Below the pieces are notes generated by a model. That model was not told where the DNA came from, did not search any database, and saw only the letters and a program-made list of their open reading frames with translations. This document shows, piece by piece, positions 26,014 to 32,000 of a DNA stretch of 32,000 nucleotides. The stretch covers positions 1,020,001 through 1,052,000 of the forward strand of contig NC_006624.1 in assembly GCF_000009965.1 (NCBI RefSeq), read 5' to 3'. Position 1 is the first letter of the stretch. The number at the start of each line of letters is the position of its first letter. The stretch comes from Thermococcus kodakarensis KOD1. Lineage in GTDB: Archaea > Methanobacteriota_B > Thermococci > Thermococcales > Thermococcaceae. Position numbers and translations under genes: made by a program.

Positions 26014-26804
26014 ATCAGCACCCCCAGATTTAACAACACCCCTATTAGTCCAAAGAGCGTTAAAAACCTCCTCGTTCCAAGATGTTGTGCTGTCCTTACC
26101 AAAACTTCCATAATCCCAAGGCTAACAAAAAACGCCGTAACAGCAGTGATAAAGCCCAAGAGAGTGTCTCCCTCGTAGGCACCAAGGTAAAGCAGCCTTA
26201 TTAGGTGGTAAGCAGGAGCAATCAAAAACCCCCATTCAAGCACGTTCTCCGCTTTGTGTCCAGGAAGGACGAGAGCCAGTGTCACGAGTCCTGTCCTTGA
26301 GGCTCCACCTGTGGAGGAGAAACTCTGGAACACTCCAGCAAGCACTGCATCAAGAAAACTCGGTTTGGAGGGTATCCTGTCCTCCGCACCTTTAAGAACG
26401 GTAAGTCCTGGCCATGTCAAGCCGAAGAATGTTATTAAGAACGCCAAGATCAAATTGAAGACATCGAAGGCAGCATTATGAGCCGTTAACGGCTTCGCCA
26501 AGGGAAGGCCAAGCAGGAGGGTTAAGAGAAACCCGAGTACAAAGTACTGGAGCTCCGATGTCTCAGCGCCCCGAAGGGCCATCAATGGCTCCTTGGATAG
26601 CCTTTCCCTATAGCGGTAGAGCACAGAGAACATAATGCCAGCATAAGCGGGCACAAGAAAGGCAGTATAACTAATCACACCGTCTATAAGGCGACCAAAG
26701 CTTCCCTCTGGGGACATGGGAAGCCACGACGTAAGTGCTGCCAGGATTCCCGAAAGCAGTGCGTCCGCTATACCCTGAAACATAGCCATACACCCGAAGG
26801 ACAT
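26010..26804 (-). CDS. UppP/BacA-family (undecaprenyl-diphosphatase-like) membrane protein with substituted catalytic motifs
   Basis: It is colinear with the UppP family. 'LTSWLPMSPEGSF' aligns to the E-x-LP-x-SS-x-x-H motif, 'FQSFSSTGGASRTGLV' to PG-x-SRSG-x-T, and 'GFITAVTAFFVSL' to the C-terminal helix. The start may be ATG 26789 or 26783 (leaderless), because a TATA-like CTAAAATAT sits only 10-18 nt upstream of ATG 26804. Confidence 0.65.
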   Translation of the reverse strand: MSFGCMAMFQGIADALLSGILAALTSWLPMSPEGSFGRLIDGVISYTAFLVPAYAGIMFSVLYRYRERLSKEPLMALRGAETSELQYFVLGFLLTLLLGLPLAKPLTAHNAAFDVFNLILAFLITFFGLTWPGLTVLKGAEDRIPSKPSFLDAVLAGVFQSFSSTGGASRTGLVTLALVLPGHKAENVLEWGFLIAPAYHLIRLLYLGAYEGDTLLGFITAVTAFFVSLGIMEVLVRTAQHLGTRRFLTLFGLIGVLLNLGVLI

Positions 26805-26960
26805 TCAAGGATATTTTAGACACTTTGTACCTATGAACCTTACGGTTAGAGGCGGAGTACCCAGCCCCAAACTGAATCTGAAAATATACTTCCAGGTCAG
26901 GCACCTTTTTAAACCCAGCCGAAAACTCTTCTCCCGCGAGAAATACGTTGAGGTGAGACC

Positions 26961-28037
26961 ATGAAGAACCCGTTTGAGAAGATGCCAACAGTCCTTACCG
27001 CTGATGAACTCATCGACAAGGCCTTCAGGAGGGCCGAGAAGGCCGCTTCTGCATTCACCCCTCAGGGAGGGAAAGTTGCCAAAGCCCGTCAGAGGGAGGA
27101 GCTGAGAGTCAGAACCGTCTCCAACGTGGTAAGGGACAACCTCAGGAAGATACTCGACAGAACACCTGGAGTATCCACCCTGCCGAAGTTCTACCGGGAG
27201 CTCGTTGATACCCTTGTCGACCGCGACCAGTTCCACCGCTCGCTGGCGAGGGTCAACTGGGCCATAAAGACGATAAGAAACCTAGAGCAGAGGTACGTGG
27301 AGAAGATACGCTACGAGAGAGACCCAATCGAGATAGCCAAGCTCAGGAGGCAGTTCTACGGCAGAGTGGCGGACATACTTAAGGACATTGGCGACGACCT
27401 TGAGTACCTCAACAGGGCAAGGGACGTTCTGAAGGAGCTTCCCGTGGTTGACCTTGAGCTTCCAACTGTGGTTATAGCCGGCCATCCCAACGTCGGCAAG
27501 AGCACCCTTTTGAGGGCGCTGACAAATGCGAAGCCAGAGGTGGCAAGCTATCCGTTCACCACCAAGGGAATAAACGTCGGCCAGTTCGAGGAGCACTACC
27601 TCAAGTACCAGGTAATAGATACGCCGGGACTACTTGACAGACCTCTAAGCGAAAGGAACGAGGTTGAAAAGCAGGCAATCCTCGCTTTGAAACATCTCGG
27701 AGACGTTATCGTCTACATCTTCGACCCGAGTGAGTACTGTGGCTTCCCGATAGAGGAGCAGATGCATCTGTTCGAGGAGATATACTCAGAGTTCGGAGAG
27801 TTCCCGTTCATCGTCGTCCTCAACAAGGCCGACATAGCCGACGAGGAGAAGATGAAAACGATCGAGGAGTTTGTTAAATCCAAGGGACTTGAACCCCTCA
27901 GGATATCCGCCCTTACAGGCGAAGGTCTCGACGAGCTCAAGAAGAGGGTCATCGAGATAGTGAAGCCCAAGGCTGAAGAGTTCGCCAGAAAGATCATGGA
28001 AAAGGAGCTGAGAAAGTTCAGAGAGGAAGCGTTTTAG
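26961..28037 (+). CDS. NOG1-family GTPase (archaeal Nog1/ribosome-biogenesis GTP-binding protein)
   Basis: A helical N-terminal NOG1 domain is followed by G1 'GHPNVGKST', G2 'FTTK', G3 'DTPGLL' and G4 'NKAD'. RBS GAGGTGA and a TATA-like 'cctttttaaa' lie upstream. Confidence 0.85.
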   Translation: MKNPFEKMPTVLTADELIDKAFRRAEKAASAFTPQGGKVAKARQREELRVRTVSNVVRDNLRKILDRTPGVSTLPKFYRELVDTLVDRDQFHRSLARVNWAIKTIRNLEQRYVEKIRYERDPIEIAKLRRQFYGRVADILKDIGDDLEYLNRARDVLKELPVVDLELPTVVIAGHPNVGKSTLLRALTNAKPEVASYPFTTKGINVGQFEEHYLKYQVIDTPGLLDRPLSERNEVEKQAILALKHLGDVIVYIFDPSEYCGFPIEEQMHLFEEIYSEFGEFPFIVVLNKADIADEEKMKTIEEFVKSKGLEPLRISALTGEGLDELKKRVIEIVKPKAEEFARKIMEKELRKFREEAF

Positions 28038-28068
28038 TTTCCTTTCATCAGTTTCTTTAGTTTTTTGA
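28038..28068 (+). terminator. oligo-T terminator candidate after the NOG1 gene
   Basis: 'tttcctttcatcagtttctttagttttttga' follows the TAG at 28035-28037 directly. Confidence 0.45.
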
Positions 28069-28127
28069 TTCACGAATTCTTTTCACGACAGCCAACAACA
28101 GATGCAAACAGAAAACACGAAAGCCTC

Positions 28128-28153
28128 AGAATACAGAGGGAAGAAAAAAGAGT
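28128..28153 (-). terminator. oligo-T terminator candidate after rps8e
   Basis: The minus strand reads 'ACTCTTTTTTCTTCCCTCTG' immediately after the TGA at 28154-28156. Confidence 0.45.
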
Positions 28154-28546
28154 TCAGGCGTTCTCTTCCTTGATGAGGACGGCGTTAACGACCCCGTCCT
28201 GGCCCGGCCTGCTGGTAACGATGGCCTTTCCAATCTCAGTCTCTATTATTGCACCCTTGGTGATGATGTTTCTCCTCGCGTACTGCCTGTTGGCCGGGTT
28301 CTCGACGACGTTGAGTATCTTGACCTTCTTGCCCTTTCCACCCTCGAAGACGTTGGCGTAGAGGGCCTCAACGAGGCGAACCTTCCTGTTGCCGCCGTAA
28401 GTCCTGATGATCTTCCTCTTCTCCCTGTCCTCGCCGACCTTGGTGTTGGCCGGCTCCCTTCCGAGCTCCCTCTTCCTCTTCTTCCTCGCGAGGATGATCC
28501 TACCACCTGAGGGTTTCTTGAGTGATCTTCCCTGCCAGATAGCCAT
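28154..28546 (-). CDS. rps8e: 30S ribosomal protein S8e
   Basis: '[16 protein letters not shown]', '[11 protein letters not shown]' and '[20 protein letters not shown]' are S8e signatures. The start is at ATG 28546, behind GAGGTGA. Confidence 0.9.
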
Positions 28547-28662
28547 TACACTCACCTCAATTAGCTTATGAACCCAACGCCACTTCGGGTAGTTCGTTTA
28601 TAAGCTTTTCTGGGTCTTCAAAAGATTTTTAAGTCTTCTCTATTACTCCCATCGGTGGTGGT

Positions 28663-31652
<2,990 letters not shown>

Positions 31653-31656
<4 letters not shown>

Positions 31657-31940
31657 CCAAAGGCGAAAAGCCTGTCGTCTTCACCCTTAAACACTCCGAG
31701 CCTCACTCCAGCGTCAATAAACCCGTGGGCATAATTGAGAGCGGCGAAAGCGGTCACGTAGTCGCCCTTCTCGTAGTAGTACTTGGCGTCCTCAAAATAG
31801 CTCCTCGCCATGGTTAAAAAGTCGCGGGCGACGCTCATAAGAAGGCTCTTCTCGTGGACGGCTATTTCAAGCCTCTCAAGGGCCTCTTCGGTTATTTTGA
31901 AATACTTCTGGAGCTTCTCATCCGTTATCTCGCGCCCCAC
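31653..31940 (-). CDS. DUF357 family protein
   Basis: The 95-aa helical protein contains '[38 protein letters not shown]', the DUF357 hallmark as I remember it. GTG start, TATA-like 'GGTTTATAAGAG' upstream, and a stop overlapping the DUF555 start by 4 nt. Confidence 0.7.
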
Positions 31941-32000
31941 CGGTCTCGCCTCGTCAGACCTTTTACAAGTCTCTTATAAACCTTACTTCAAAGGGGGGCA

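Noticed and set aside
26671-27236. Minus-strand ORFs 26671-26988 and 26805-27236 spanning the uppP-like/NOG1 intergenic region
   Set aside because: They cross a divergent promoter region and run antisense to the NOG1 5' end. They have no RBS and no motifs.
28065-28361. 98-aa plus-strand ORF and 86-aa minus ORF (28246-28506) overlapping rps8e
   Set aside because: One is antisense and the other out of frame relative to an unmistakable S8e gene. The Arg/Ser/Gly-rich composition is typical of off-frame reading.

Overview
This window reads as a chromosomal segment from a hyperthermophilic euryarchaeon, most likely a Thermococcus or Pyrococcus relative. The proteins resemble Thermococcales Hjc, TET/M42 aminopeptidase, ThrRS with the archaeal N-terminal editing domain, archaemetzincin, UPF0212 and S8e. 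Genes are tightly packed with many 1-14 nt overlaps, GGAGGTGA-type ribosome binding sites, TTTATA/TTTAAA promoter boxes and oligo-T terminators. I support about 40 protein genes and one tRNA. I saw no rRNA, CRISPR array, IS element or intact integrase.

Most of the window is core housekeeping:
- folP-like gene and an sppA operon
- the rpoL/csl4 'exosome superoperon' segment
- thrS, uppS, hjc, map, NOG1 GTPase, rps8e and pyrG

Accessory or unusual parts:
1. The left edge (1-1240) holds the 3' end of a DNA methyltransferase/type IIG RM-like gene, a 49-aa ORF missing from the ORF track, and a very AT-rich tract.
2. A low-GC islet of about 1.5 kb abuts the 5' side of tRNA-Ser(CGA) (20864-22400). 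It carries a PIN-toxin/antitoxin pair and decayed coding remnants.
3. A degenerate KaiC/RecA-like gene is split by a 1-nt frameshift and is coupled to a protein with a C2H2-like metal site.
4. trkH is translationally coupled (GTGA overlap) to an orphan ECF/CbiO-type ABC ATPase, with no trkA nearby.
5. A 4xCBS protein has a C-terminal domain that looks to me like a bacterial HPF/RaiA ribosome-hibernation fold.
6. One operon combines a UppP/BacA-like protein with substituted catalytic motifs, a GlmU-like enzyme and a DUF835 membrane protein.

The CBS-HPF-like fusion and the TrkH-ABC pair are my best candidates for under-described biology. I cannot verify novelty without database searches. All family names come from motif recognition and memory, not from searches.
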